Shown: positions 12,511-25,711 of the stretch, piece after piece
Layout: each line of letters opens with the position of its first letter
Position numbering within the stretch: position 1 is the stretch's first letter
Origin: Utricularia gibba
Lineage: Eukaryota > Plantae > Magnoliophyta
NCBI GenBank assembly: GCA_002189035.1
Contig: CM007989.1
Coordinates: 6,758,001-6,822,000 of the forward strand
DNA length: 64,000 nucleotides
Direction of reading: 5' to 3'
Position numbers and translations under genes: made by a program
Notes under the pieces: generated by a model
Told to the model about the DNA's origin: nothing
Database searches by the model: none
The model's input: only the letters and a program-made list of their open reading frames with translations

Positions 12511-14372
12511 TCATTGATCTCCATTGATTCCAAAGACACGAACCTTGTGCATATTTGGGAACTTTGCAACAACCAGAACGCAAACAGCGAGAGTGTTGAT
12601 GACGAGCATGGGGCTTCGATAGCTGGTTGTGTGAGAAGCAATAAGGAACCTGTCATAGAGGGGAAATAGAGAAAAGAAATTATAATTTAGTTATAATTAA
12701 AAAACAAAGTCATTCATGGACAAAGGTTCGATCTGAAAACATCAACTATTTTAGGCCCCGGGAAAACTACAAAAAATGATCACCATCAATAGCCTGGAAG
12801 CATAACACATAAAGAAGAATAGATGCTGACTGCCTTTAGGGGAAGAAGAAAACAAGGCCAGTAAAGACTATAAAAAGCATTCCTTTAAGTCGCCATAAGC
12901 GTGTAAAAAGTTGAGAAAAAGAAAGATTGGGATATATGAGCATATATATCAATAGTGCGCTGTGTAGATGGTCAACTGAATGGAAAGGGTTCAAATTACT
13001 GATTTAGACACGGGTTCCATTATCTAGTGAGGTTCTATGACGAAAAAAGTGAAGCAATAGTATTTACTTAAACGCTAAAAGCTATCGAATGCAGCATTAA
13101 CAATTCAATTGGTAACTTGGCAGATTGAGCTGAAAGATAGTTCTTCTCAAACCAATTCATTAAAGGTCGCTGCAGAAGAATGCACCCAGAAAGACTACCA
13201 CATTTTGAATGCACGAATGATGACTTTAGTATAACAGAAAAACAACGCCACACCAGAAGATAGTGACGAATTTTAACTAGAAATCGCTCACACCAATGGG
13301 AAGACAGAAGAAGGATCAACGAACTTCGGATTGGATAACAGAAAATATAATGTACAAATCAGTAAATAGGCACAGCCAGTGGGAAAAAGCTAAAGATAAG
13401 AACCCAAACAGACTTTACAGATACGCTCCTACAGGGGAAAGTATTGACACGTTATATCTTAAAATAGTTAAAGTTCATTGCTAGCCACTAGCTTCATCCT
13501 TCCAACTTTATACCTGATTTCTCAAATTCCACCTCCCTATCGCATTACAGAAATTCACTTGACCAGATGTATTGTGCACAAACAAGACAGCATTCACTCG
13601 AAGTAAAATTACAAGCTGACGAGATGATATGTAATACTTTGGGTGGATATTGCATAACAGCCAAAAGATACAGAACGAACCCCATAAGTCATAAATATAG
13701 ACTGCCCCAAAGGGAAGGAAATGGTCAAGAGGAATTATCACAAACGCGAAAGCTTACAGTAATACAGGGATCACTGTTAGAAACTTCCTGTTATGAGTAA
13801 GTTGCTTGCCATTGTCGATTTGCTCCCACCAAGTTAACCTATTGTAAATTCCTTGATCCTCTGCAAAAGGTGTTCCTTTTTTCCAGTGGAAGAAGTGAAA
13901 AGTCACCTGAACCAAACAAAGAATCGCCTAGTCAACAAAATTCATCACAAGCGCATTCCCACAATTACGTCATCAAAGAAAGCAAATGATCTGGAAAACG
14001 TTAGAAAACAAAAAAGCCTGCAACCATGTCAGAGTTTTAATTATACAAAATCAAGAATACAATACTTGAGCGGCGCGTCCACATTTAAATCAGCATACAT
14101 TTACTTGAATAACTGGAAAATGCATCAGGCAACCATTTTAAAGCAACTGTGGACATATTTATGTTTTAAGGAATACACTGCTAAAACCAGCAGTTAATCA
14201 CATGGTTTTCTAGAAAATGTACCCCTAAAATCTTGTTACTCAATATGCAGCAGTAGAAGCTTTAAGGAAAGTCATCTAGAGTCGACGATTGCTCAGTTAA
14301 TTCGCATAAAAGGCACACCCTCACTGAATTTGAATCCCACGGTCACTTCATATCACAAAAGCTTCAACGGTG

Positions 14373-14411
<39 letters not shown>

Positions 14412-15093
14412 TGAAAAAAGTTAAAAGCAAAGGTTTTAGCCGTGGAAGAATTATAATTTCTCATGAAACAACTGAACAAGAGGACCCCTTTCAAGAAAGC
14501 GGGTTGAGAGTCTGCTTTCCCTACTCCAAATGCTAATTAATGCGTTTGTTTCTCATATAACCAACTCAATCTCACAAGCGCGAATCATCTAATAAGCTTC
14601 AATTTAGGGAGTTTTGAGACACTCTATCTAGTTTTTTGCTTATACTTTACAGAAGTAGGTTCAAACCATATCAGACCACGTAAACGAGCATAGCTCCTAA
14701 ACAACCCAAAAGATAGAACTAACGGATGAGACAATATGTCATACAAAAGCGCATCAAATCACTCATCTAAATAAGAAGAAAGAGTAAAACCATCTATTCA
14801 GTAGTATTACATTTATGAGTTAACTTTCCAAAAGCATTCATCAGCACAAACGATTCCATGATAGATAAGAAAAATTCTTTTTTAAAAGAAGGGACAAGGA
14901 CACGTACAGCGGAATGGAATAGATGAACAATGGTCCACGCCACACCGGCGGAGCATCCAAAAACGGAAAGCACCACGAGCCATGCGAAAAGCAGTATCAG
15001 AACGTAGGCCGTCCACACACCCGGGTACATGAACCACTCCGTATTCCGATTCAGATCCGTCGGCGGATCCGCCTGCACGTACAAATTCGCCAT
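12511..15093 (-). CDS. ORM: ORM/ORMDL protein (negative regulator of serine palmitoyltransferase)
   Basis: Three exons: 15093-14908, 13906-13758, 12649-12511 (474 nt, 157 aa). MANLYVQADPPTDLNRNTEWFMYPGVW; FHWKKGTPFAEDQGIYNRLTWWEQIDNG; AKFPNMHKVRVFGINGDQ*. Confidence 0.96.
14377..14406. repeat. (TA)15 microsatellite in ORM intron 1
   Basis: Read directly from the sequence. Confidence 0.9.
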
Positions 15094-15787
15094 AAAGGAA
15101 ATCCCTTCGCACAAACGAACTTGTTTCTAACACGAATCAATCCTTGGCCGATTTCGATCGAACAGGTTAGCGTCGAGAACGATTAAAACTTGGAAAAGCA
15201 ACTAATGGCCCCTCAGCTGTTCACGCCGGTAACTCTGTAACCATATTCCGGCCTGCAGTGTCCCCGCTCCCTTAAACTGTGAAAACAATTCGCATTTGTT
15301 TCGAGTTTCTCAGATGTGGATTGGACTCAGGTACAACCTGGTCTGGGCCAAGCGGCGTTGGGCCCATGACCTGAGATATTCAATTGGGATTGCAATCTGA
15401 TATACAATCCTATATTTTATTTTAAATTTATATTTCATATTATGTATAATAGAATTAATTTTCAAATTATATCAATAAAATTAATAAAATTATTTTATAA
15501 AATAGTATAAAAAGTAAATTAAATCAAATTTGATCCCAACTTCAAGTCTAATTAAAATAAATTCTATCATGTTAATATTTACAATGAAAAATATTTGATT
15601 ATATAATTTAAATATACTAGAAATATTTTAATAATAATATTTGTATGGAATAATAATATGTAGATATAATGAAATCTACACTTCATATATTATAAGAATA
15701 ATGTATGTGTGGTGGCGTAGTAAATATGTATTGAACGTTTAATATTCTAATACGTAATATGACATATATTGAAATATTATATGACAT

Positions 15788-15848
15788 TAGCTTAGTTGAC
15801 TAGATAGTATTTTCAAAATTGCAAAGGTCAAGAGTTTGAATCCTCACT
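15788..15848 (+). mobile_element. Degenerate tRNA-derived (SINE-like) remnant
   Basis: A-box-like TAGCTTAGTTGA (15788-15799) and B-box-like GTTTGAATCC (15834-15843), preceded by AAGGTC as in tRNA variable/T arms. No complete cloverleaf. Confidence 0.3.
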
Positions 15849-16934
15849 AAGTCAAATTATTTTTTATTTTTTAAAAATAAAATCAATTCAAAAAATATTT
15901 TAAAATTATTAAAAATAATTAAATCATATTTTTTTAATAAAATTGTAACATGAAAATATCTCAAGTCTTTTTTTTTTGTTTCTTTGCTACATCAATTCTT
16001 GTTACCAATATTTACACTACATATTTACTTAGCATTATATTTACTCCATTACAATATAATATAAAATATATTTGATTGATTAATTTTAATTAGAATAATA
16101 AATATTTCGTTCTTCTAAAAAATTAATTATACTCATGATTTTTTTAATATAAATAAAAATAAAATAATATATTTTGATTGAATTTATCTATTATAAAATT
16201 CATGAATATTTAAATTCTAATCCTTGATAAATATTACTTCCACTTATCAAATACAAAATTTTAATATATCTATTAGAGCATCTTTACTAGTTTCTGAAAA
16301 TCTTGATGTGACATTTCCGAAAATGAGGTAAATGTTTTGGAAATGATTAAACTTATTTTTCATTTTTTTTCATAAACGAAAATAAGGAAACTTGGTTTAC
16401 TTTTAGAAATGATTTAAAATGTAGTTTATAATATTTATTTTAATATTACAATTTTTGAAAATTGATACAAACGTAATAGACACTTAATAAAATAAATCTA
16501 ATAACTCAATTCTCGTCATGTGAGCATTTCGGAAAATGAGGAAATATGATCTTAATATTTGATAGGGTTTCCAAAATACTTGTATTTATTGACGGTTCAA
16601 TCCAATCAACGTGGGTTGGGAAGAGCCGCCGGGTTTAACCCGAACCGACCAAGTTCTAGCACTTTCCGCTGGCGCTGGGTAGACTTTTTCGGTGGTTTTG
16701 AGTCAGACGATTAGAACGGCAAAACCCGTAGATCCTTCTTTGCTTTTCTTCTTCTCAGTGCTTTTTGCCGGCGTCGGTATTCCGAGGGAACAGAATGATA
16801 TTCTTGCACTGAAGTAGCTGCGCCGGCCCACGGAAATTTGGCTCTTCTGTAAAACGTTCAGCTTGGGTTAATTTCTGATTCGTATAGATTCCTCATTTAT
16901 TTAGGGTTGGGGAATCGTGGTTTTATTCGCAGAA

Positions 16935-19229
16935 ATGGGGGATGTAGCGAATAAGGTTGCGTATTTTCAAGCTATTACGGGTATTGAAGACACGGATTTA
17001 TGCACAGAGATTTTGTCTGCTCACAATTGGGACCTGGAGTTGGCGATTGGATCGATTACTGCTGCTGAAACGCCCCGCGCTTCTTCATCTTCCGTCACCG
17101 CCTCTGCTGTTCCACCATCGGTCCCTTTAGTTTCAGGCGCATCTTCTGAAAACCAGGACGCGGGCCTCGTTCTGCCTTCTAATGGTAATAATTCTCCGGG
17201 TTTGGCTTGGAGAGTGATTACCCTCCCATTTTCTATTATTTCTGCTAGCTTGGGTTTGGTTTCTGGAGCGGTTGGGCTTGGTGTGTGGGCGGCAAGTGGG
17301 GTGTTGTCATATTCATTGAGCATGGTTGGGTTGGGTGGACGGGATCGTGGTGGAACCACGCCTCTGGTAACTCTTTCACAGTCTGTGGCGGAGGCAACAG
17401 ATTTCATTAACAGTTTCGAGAGTGATTACGGGAGATCAAGACCTAATTTTGTGGCTGAGGGTTTCATGGACGCATTGCAAAGGTCAAGACGCGAATATAA
17501 GCTGCTGTTTGTGTATTTGCATTCTCCAGAGCATCCTGATACACCTACGTTCTGTCAACAGAGTCTATGCAACGACATAGTTGTGGCATTTTTGAATGAA
17601 AATTTTGTGTCATGGGGTGGTAGCGTTAAAGCTAGTGAAGGGTTTAAGATGAGTAACAGTTTGAAAGCATCAAGGTTTCCATTCTGTGCTGTTGCAATGG
17701 CAGCAACAAATCAAAGGATCGCATTACTGCAACAGGCATGTATCTTTTTTTTCATTGCTTTTGGATCGACTCCTTGTTTTGTTCGTCTGTCATATTTTTG
17801 TGGATGCCTGTCACGCATCCCAATGGCGGGTATCTTTTCGTGTGGGTCCATGACTCATGAGATATACTTATCTGCTCAATGCACCACTGAAACATGCATA
17901 CATTGATTTGATACTGAAGGCTTTTAAATATACTAGGCTGTTATCTGATCTGAAGCATTAATCTGTTGCATTTGGTTGTTTTTACGTGTTTGAACTATTG
18001 TGCTACTTAAATAATTTTATAACAACGGTGTTTGAAGAATTCTCACTATGTTTAATATTTGTTAATGTGTTCAAGCTCTTCAGTGGAAAAACAATATGCC
18101 ATAGAAGTAATGATTTAGTATATGTTATTCTGAAGAATCATTTCACTTGTTCACTTTCAGATGATTGTTCTTATTCGAGTATGGTTTTTTCAGGTTGAAG
18201 GACCACAGTCGCCTGATGAAATAATAAGTTCATTGCAGAGGGTTCTTGATGAAAGTGCACCTGTACTTTTTTCTGCACGGATTGAAGCTGAGGAAAGAAG
18301 AAACAATATGCGTCTCAGAGAAGAGCAGGATGCTGCATATCGTGCAGCCCTTGAGGCTGATCAGGTATTACTCTATGATGGTTCTCTCTTTCTTGTACTC
18401 TATGTTCCTAGTCCGTCTAAAAAAGGGTCGCCTTAAAGGGAACCTTGCTAAGTCGGATTTTCTCTTCTTTCTTTCTCTTATTTGGTTCTAGGCTAGAGAA
18501 CGTCAAAGAAGAGAAGAGCAGGAAAGGCGGGAACATGAGGCTGCCGAAGTAGAAAGGAAAAAAATGGAGGAGGAGGAGGCTCGTGAACGAGCAGCCAAAG
18601 AATCTGCCCAGAAGGAAGCTGCATTAGCGAAGCTGCGTGAGGAGAAAGCATTGTCGCTAGGTCCTGAACCTGAAAATGGACCTGATGTAACCCGAGTAAG
18701 TTGCTCTCTTATATATCTCTTATCAATCCGAACAACACTGTGGCAGGGGTTAGTATTTTAAACCTTTTTCAATAGCCTTTTCATCAAGAGCATTTTTATC
18801 TTCTATTCGCCTTTTATTAGGATGTTGTAAAACCAAGCAGGACTTTATTTTACTAGAAGAATAGGTTGAAGAATGTTATATTCTCTGGTATTGTGAAGGA
18901 TGTAGTATTTGCAATTGGTTGCCATACAACTGATCTAGCAGTGTGTTTGGATGGCTAGTGTCGTTTCTTGTTATTTTGTATAACAGACGCACTTCTCCCA
19001 GGTCTTGGTACGATTCCCCTCTGGCGAGCGTAAAGAAAGGAGGTTCCACAGCGTGTCTACTATACAATCTTTGTATGATTACATTGATTCTTTAGGTTCC
19101 TTGGAACTTAACCGCTACAGACTTGTCTCCAACTTCCCTCGCTCTGTTTATGGTGAAGATAAGCTCTCCTTGACACTCCATGAAGCCGGTTTGCATCCAC
19201 AGGCAAGCCTTTTTGTTGAGTTAAGTTAA
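16935..19229 (+). CDS. PUX10: Plant UBX-domain protein (UBA-like, UAS, coiled coil, UBX), PUX10-like
   Basis: Exons 16935-17735, 18194-18364, 18492-18695, 19002-19229. AYFQAITG, LFVYLHSPEHPDTPTFC, LREEQDAAYRAALEADQ, VRFPSGER...NFPR, AGLHPQASLF. Intron 1 needs a GC donor. Confidence 0.94.
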
Positions 19230-19623
19230 CAGATGCGGCTACGCATCCCGAAAATGCTTCTTCGTCATGTATGAACCTCTCCCTTTCAAATTGCTTGTGT
19301 AAAAAGAAGAACAAGTAGTCCTGGGATGATGAACCCATGTCCAAGGTTTTGATTTGAAAATAAAACATGTTTAGTTATTACATTTGATATATCTCATATT
19401 TGTGCTTTTTGTCATGCTTTACCCTTTTTGCTATATGCTTGCTGAGCATCCTTGTTGCTGATCATAGAAATGCTTTTCAATGTATGTTTTTATTTAACTT
19501 TGAAGTTGCTGGTTACCTTCAAACAATACAAAATCAAAGTTATTGTTCGAAAATAATTCTGTGATGCATCTCCCATTCAACAAAAAGAGGCTTCCTGGCT
19601 GCCATGCCACGACCTTGCAGCAT

Positions 19624-20291
19624 CTACAGCACAAGAACCAAAATCACAGCAGCAGCTCCGGTAACAATTTTGTGAACTCTGGGCGACTCCGATGCCGAAG
19701 CCTGAACCGGAATCGATCCGAAAACTGTAGGATAAGAGGCACCAGGAGGAGGGCTAGAAACCGAAGAATCAGGAGAAGATCCGTTTACACCCACTGCAAC
19801 TCGAAGCTTCTGCAACTTCTCACAGCGCCCTTGAGTTCCACTTATGAAGTAAAACTCCCCTGTGTTTGTGATGTTGAACAGGGAATTCCCATTGTTCATA
19901 CTCAGAATGGGATTTTCAATGCTGCAACTGTCGTATGATTCCTTGGTCACCTGCAGCACGGAGTCTTCGCTTGGAGGGTACAAAAAGACTGCCCAAAAAC
20001 ACAATGCTCTCCTCTTTCACCCATCCATGCAGTTAAACTAAACTGTAAAAGAAATGCACAGCGCTGGACTGGAAGCTGTGGAGGAAGGTAAGTGAACTTA
20101 CAGATGGAGTCTCCAACTTTGAGATTGTTGTACTTTGCCCATAAGGTGTAGAGTTGTTTGTTTGAAGAAGGTGGGAGGCCCCATGAACTCAAATCTCCGA
20201 CTTTGTAAATACTGCACAGAACTTCTGATTGGAAGGAAAAAAGAAGGAGAAGAAGAAGAGGAAGACAAGGTGCTGGTGAAAACTGCACCAT
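19624..20291 (-). CDS. Early nodulin-like protein (phytocyanin domain, likely GPI-anchored)
   Basis: Exons 20291-20102 and 19988-19624. Signal peptide; YKVGDLSSW, GDSI|FFLY, DSVLQVTKESYDSC, FYFISGTQGRCEKLQKL; Ser/Pro-rich linker and hydrophobic C-tail. Confidence 0.9.
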
Positions 20292-21031
20292 TTGGAATCG
20301 GAGAACTCTTCCCATTTGCTCAGAGTTCAGATTTCCGTAGAGGCTTCTGGAGAATGTTGGCAGAGCAAAACTGGGGAGCCAGGAAACAGATGATGGGCAG
20401 AGGCAATGAAATACCAGAAGAAACCTGTGGAAAAAGTCAAATGAAAAGGTGTGCAGGGTGTTTATGGTAATTTCCTTTCCATGTTACATTGAAAAAGGTG
20501 GGGGCATCCTTTACATGGAGTCACGTGCCCATGCCATTGACAACCACACCACGGTTGGCAACCATATGCTTTGATATCCCCTTCCACAAGTGCACCTCCA
20601 TTTCCATCACCCTATTTATGATGATCATGATTCTAAAATCATGTATTCAAATGCATGAATAAATTGGAGAATGAGTTTTTCATTTAAAATATAATTAAAA
20701 ATTTAAACCCTAAAATTTTGAACCCAATTCAATCGAAATCCATAGCTAACCAAGAATAGATTCAACCTACTTTGAAGAAACGTGAACATCTTATCTTGTT
20801 GAGGCAATGCTGGGCTACTAAGTGGGCTAGAACATCTCCGCCCATTGGGCTTTCGAAAAAAGGGTTTCAAAAATCAATTTATAGAACTGGACGGATTTCA
20901 AAGTGGAGCAACTTTCGATGTGGGATTAGCGGTGGCCACGAAACGGCGCTGTTTCACATGTTTACGTACTATAAGATGATGGTAGTATTTGCACAGTTTA
21001 TCTCATGTGTACTCGATAGGCTATCATGGTT

Positions 21032-21655
21032 TCACACTTCAGTGCTTGGCGGTGACGTGCCGGTGTTGTCGCGAGCACCTACCGGAGTCGGTATCCCGTG
21101 CCGGACGTCCGTACCGATTCCCCTACGACGAGAATGGAAAATGGAGAAGAAGAAGCCGGCGAAAACCCCGGCAGCCATGGGCAAATTGACGACCAGGACT
21201 CGAAGATTTTCGCCGGCGTGACGGAAGAAGCACTTGAGCACATCCTGATCGCTCCAAGCGAAGGCCAAGTAGACGGATAAGGAAACACATGCGCGAACGA
21301 AGTCCAATGCCTTGATCCTGTACTCCGACAAGTCGCCTTGCATACTGTTGTTGCTGTCCCCATTGAAGACGTAGAATCCTTTGAACGTCGCGATGCCATA
21401 CCGCAGCGTCCCGTCGGAGTCCACGAAGCTGTCAGTGAACGACGACACGAAGCATATGATGGAGGACACCACGATCAGCGACGCCGTGAGGCACTTGTTC
21501 GAGATGAGACACGTGCCGTTGTTGGAGAAGGAGGGCGTCAGGGTTTGGAAGGCGAACACGACGCCGGTGGGGAGAAGGTGCGCGAGGTTGGCGGCGGTGG
21601 CGAAGGGAGAGTGAGTGGCGCTTTGTGCAGGATGCTGGCCGGCTACGGCAGCCAT
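21032..21655 (-). CDS. DMP (DUF679) membrane protein
   Basis: Single exon. AANLAHLLPTG, FSNNGTC, SSFTDSF, YGIATFKG, DFVRA, HSRRRGIG are DMP-family hallmarks. Confidence 0.9.
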   Translation of the reverse strand: MAAVAGQHPAQSATHSPFATAANLAHLLPTGVVFAFQTLTPSFSNNGTCLISNKCLTASLIVVSSIICFVSSFTDSFVDSDGTLRYGIATFKGFYVFNGDSNNSMQGDLSEYRIKALDFVRACVSLSVYLAFAWSDQDVLKCFFRHAGENLRVLVVNLPMAAGVFAGFFFSIFHSRRRGIGTDVRHGIPTPVGARDNTGTSPPSTEV

Positions 21656-24274
21656 GGAGTTGTAAAAGGGTTTCTGTCTGTTTGAAAATCCGGGGAGTTC
21701 AGTTTTCAAGAGACATTCCGAAAAGTTAACAACGTGCACACAATCAACATATGATGCATTGCAACTGTGCAGAATTCCCCTTTCCAGAGAGTTTCAAAGG
21801 CATGGATAACAAAAGGGTTGGTATTCCAGACGTTGGAACGTGCGTCAACCACATCTAACATGTCCCTAAAGTGATTCAGGAGATGAAAATCAACCGCAAA
21901 ACACCCCCCACTTTATTCCAGACTTGCATGCAAACCTCTATCAGAAAACCCTTTTGAGAAGTTGGAGTGTGGCAAGTCTCCAGGCCATGGTCCCCGACAA
22001 CCCCAGCAATCAAAGGCTTGGAAACACAGCATCTTCCTTGATTCTTGAATCGTGTATATGGAATTGGAAAGCAATAAAAGGTAAGAACAAATTGATAATT
22101 GGAAAAACAAGATTTTCACTACAAAAAATGGAAAAAGTATGCAGAGAGTTTCAATAACTCAAGAACACTGGTTTGCTTAGAAGTTTGAGGATGCATTCAT
22201 TATACTAAAAGTAGGTTCTTACGTTACTTGTTTCTTCTTGATATGGCTATGAGATGAGACATAATTTTCCTCTTTTACCATATCTTCTGTACATCACCTC
22301 TTTTTCAGAAACGTATCTGATTGACCTCGAACAACGTGAAAGAACATAAGCCCCAGATTGTTTTTCTCTTTGAAGAGCACCCTCTTGGGAGGCTTGCTCA
22401 TTGTAGGCGTGCAGAGTTTCATGCCATCTTCTTGTTGCGTAGGCCTTCTAAAAAAACCTCTTTGTTGAAGGTTGGATCTAATACTCTTCTGACTGCTCTT
22501 GTTGGGCAAGGTTTCCCAGAATATTACTTGAGATAGTTTTTCCTTCTCCCTAACATGGGTAAAAGCAGTCATCATGTTGCCCTAAATCAGAGGCCAAGAT
22601 TCTTGGAAACTCCTTTTTCTAAAGAATGAGTTCATTGCGAGACCACCATGCATCCAACTTCCTCTTCATAATCAAGAATCAATGAAGTTGCATCAAATGC
22701 TCAAATCAACAAACTTTGTGGTAAATATCATAATTTGGGTTAGCCTCATTTAAAGCGCATCTGGTCTCATGCTTTAAAGTTGATAGTTCAAAATTTCAGA
22801 CTTTAATGTTGAAATTAAAAATTCGATAAATCAAATAATACATATGAAATTCAAGTATATAAAAAAATATAAATTATATTAAAAATATTAAATTCAAAGA
22901 TTCACAATCTCTTATATACTTAGTTATTATACTTTCATTTTATTTATAACTACAGACCCCTCTCGAATTTCATAAATGGGAACCTAAATCGTCCGATAGA
23001 TTTTACAACTAGTAACTCGGCGGTTTAGTTCCTTGACACCATGTATTTCTGCATATCTCAACTCTCTTATCATCAACTGTGAGTCAATTTTGTTGTTACT
23101 TTTTTTCCGAATAAAAATTAGTCTGAAGTATTTACTGTAGTGGATAGATGTGTGTGGCTTGGTGGGGCGAGGTGAAATAAATCTGGCTGCTGAGGGCTGG
23201 GCTGGCCTGGCCTGGCCTGAGAGAGAGCGTTCGTTATCAGGCGTAGTAAACAGCAGAGGGAATCCTACCTGCAAGAAAGGACATCATAAAATCCTCATTA
23301 TCATCTAAATGGACCTCCTCGGTCGCTTTTATTCTAATAAAACTCCCATATCAATGCCCCTCCTTTGTTCCATATTCCCTTTGCTTCCAGTTTCCAGGTT
23401 TCCCTACTCGCTCCTTCCACCCACAAAACCAGATCTGCTTCCATCTCGAAAACGTTTGTTTCCAGGATCATCCCATCCCCCCCTTGTGATCTGCTCCACT
23501 GTTTCTTTGTTTTTCTCTTTTTTTTTTTTAGAAAATTGCTGTAGTAAATCTCAAAAGTGATGATGGGAACAGTGCAAGTTGGTAACAGTTGTGCTTGCTT
23601 ACTTGAAAAGCTTTTTGTGTTGAAGCAAGTGGAGATTCCACTGCCATGAATGCCTCCTTTTTGCGCAGTCATTTATAGGGATCTCTCAATTTAGGGTATT
23701 TTTGTTAGGAGATGGGATACATCATATACCAATGTACGATAAACCAGATAAAATATTGATATTATATACAAAAAAATAAAAAATTAGTAAATAAGATTGT
23801 TGTGTTTGGATCCCCCTTTTTTTGGCCTTGGAAAGTTTGCAAGATTTGGGATGGTTTTGTTATGTTTGGTATAACTTTTTTTTCATACAAGTTTTTCAAA
23901 AATATTTTTTTATGATTTATGTCCCAAAGAATTTGAAAATAAGATTACCCCAACTTTTATTTTATGATAATAAATTATGAAAAAATGATTTGTGGGGGCC
24001 AAATTTGTATTTTGGATTTTGGAATTATCGAGTTGATGGATCACTGAGATTGTAATAATGAGTTTGAGAAGGACAAAATCTATGACATAAATCTCTTGCC
24101 TTTGCAGGAAACCGAACTCTCATGTCATTTTTGGTTTCCTCGTCATGTCTTCTTCGTTCCAACTCACATAGCTCTTTGTCCCCATCTCCTAATATTGTCC
24201 CAACGCCTTCATTCGTCCATTCATACATAACCTGCACGCATGCTCCTGGATCCTGGCTCCCTCCTTCCACCACC

Positions 24275-25162
24275 ATGATGAACCACGGCGAAGTCCGATG
24301 CCTCCCCGATCCTGTCTCCGGCCATCGCATGCAACTCCACGATCCACAAAACCCTAATATTTTTCCACTCCACGGTATGGATTTCTTGTTATTGCAAATT
24401 GGATTATTTCGGTTTTCAGATACCCAAGATTGTGACGTTGGCATTGTGGATGGGTTTCAGGGGAAGCGAAGGCGGCGGCGCCGTGTGTGGTGAGCACGCG
24501 GTGGAACCCTACGCCGGCACAGCTAGAAGCATTGGAGGGGATCTACCGGAGAGGGACGCGAACGCCGACGGCGGATCAGATCCAACAGATCACCGCGAGG
24601 CTGAAAAGACTAGGCAACATTGAGAGGAAGAACGTTTTCTACTGGTTTCAGAACCGCAAGGCCAGAGAGAAGAAGAAGAATCGCCGCCTTTTCGAGCTTT
24701 TCCCCGACGAGAAATGGATTCTTCCTTCCAGAAAGAAGCAGCCCGGTACACCCAATCATCGTCATGCTACAACAACCCAAAGTTTCAGTCCCTCCTAAAA
24801 TAAAATGTGCTTCCACCATTTTCAGGCTCCGTGGATATCGCAGAAGATGGGAGAGATAAGCTGTCCAGATTAACAGGATCCTCTTCCATTTACAGCAGCA
24901 GCAGCACACCCACAGAGGTAACTTTTCTGCGCTAGTTCCACAGACTACACGATTCTAGTATCACACAATCAGGCTCTTTTACATATCATCCCACTTCCGA
25001 TTCCCTCCGGAATGACTGGGGTTTCCGATTCAGGGTCGAGCAGTGAAAGGCGAGGGCGATCATGAAGCAGAAGCATGCCAAGAGAGTGGGAACCCGTTTG
25101 CGTGGAGAAGGATCGTCGCCCCTCCTCACGAGTTCATTGAGTTTCTGCCCACCAAGAAATAA
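24275..25162 (+). CDS. WUSCHEL-related homeobox protein, WOX1/WOX6-like, divergent
   Basis: Exons 24275-24374, 24461-24745, 24826-24917, 25034-25162 with compatible phases. Homeodomain [10 protein letters not shown]...[14 protein letters not shown]; C-terminal FIEFLPTKK* resembles the WOX1/WOX6 EFLPLKN tail. Exons 3-4 are less certain. Confidence 0.85.
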
Positions 25163-25711
25163 GTGCCATTGAGTGGCTCCTTCTCCTCATGACTTGTGGA
25201 TTCCATTAATGAATGACTGCGTAACTAAGGAAAAGTTTGTATGCATTTTCAGTGTGGAGGAAGATTTGTGGAAATGATTTAGTGAAAAAGATGCCACCAG
25301 CACTTAAAAACGACGTCGTCATGCCGCTATTTTATTTACAATTAGATGATGGATGACAAGCTTTTTGTTGAGGTGTGTTTCTTGTGAGTGTTGCCCTGTA
25401 GACAAACTGGACAAGGTTATTATTATTATTTTTTCCATTTATTATCAATTTATATCAACTCAGTTCTATCCTTATATAATGTAAAATCATGAAAATTGAA
25501 TGTTTAAAAAAGACAAAATCGTATTGTAAAATAGAAGATGGGTCCTTACAATTTTAAATTAAATATTTTTTATTACTAATTGAATGGGATTTAATAATTT
25601 TTAATTATATATTAGAAATAAAAATAATTGTTTAAATTCAACATTTTCAATCATTATTTTAAAAGATGGGATATGATTGGGGAGGCTGGCTCCTCCCTAA
25701 GGTAGTGCGGT

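Noticed and set aside
7724-21878. Shared 16-mer TCCCTAAAGTGATTCA at 7724 and 21863
   Set aside because: One 16-mer match within 64 kb is expected by chance, and it does not extend into the flanks.
22150-22720. Coding-like stretch upstream of DMP
   Set aside because: Stops occur in several frames and I recognised no gene or TE motif; not supportable without a search.
23398-23420. TTTCCCTACTCGCTCCTTCC, resembling miR482
   Set aside because: Several mismatches and no complementary arm nearby to form a precursor hairpin.
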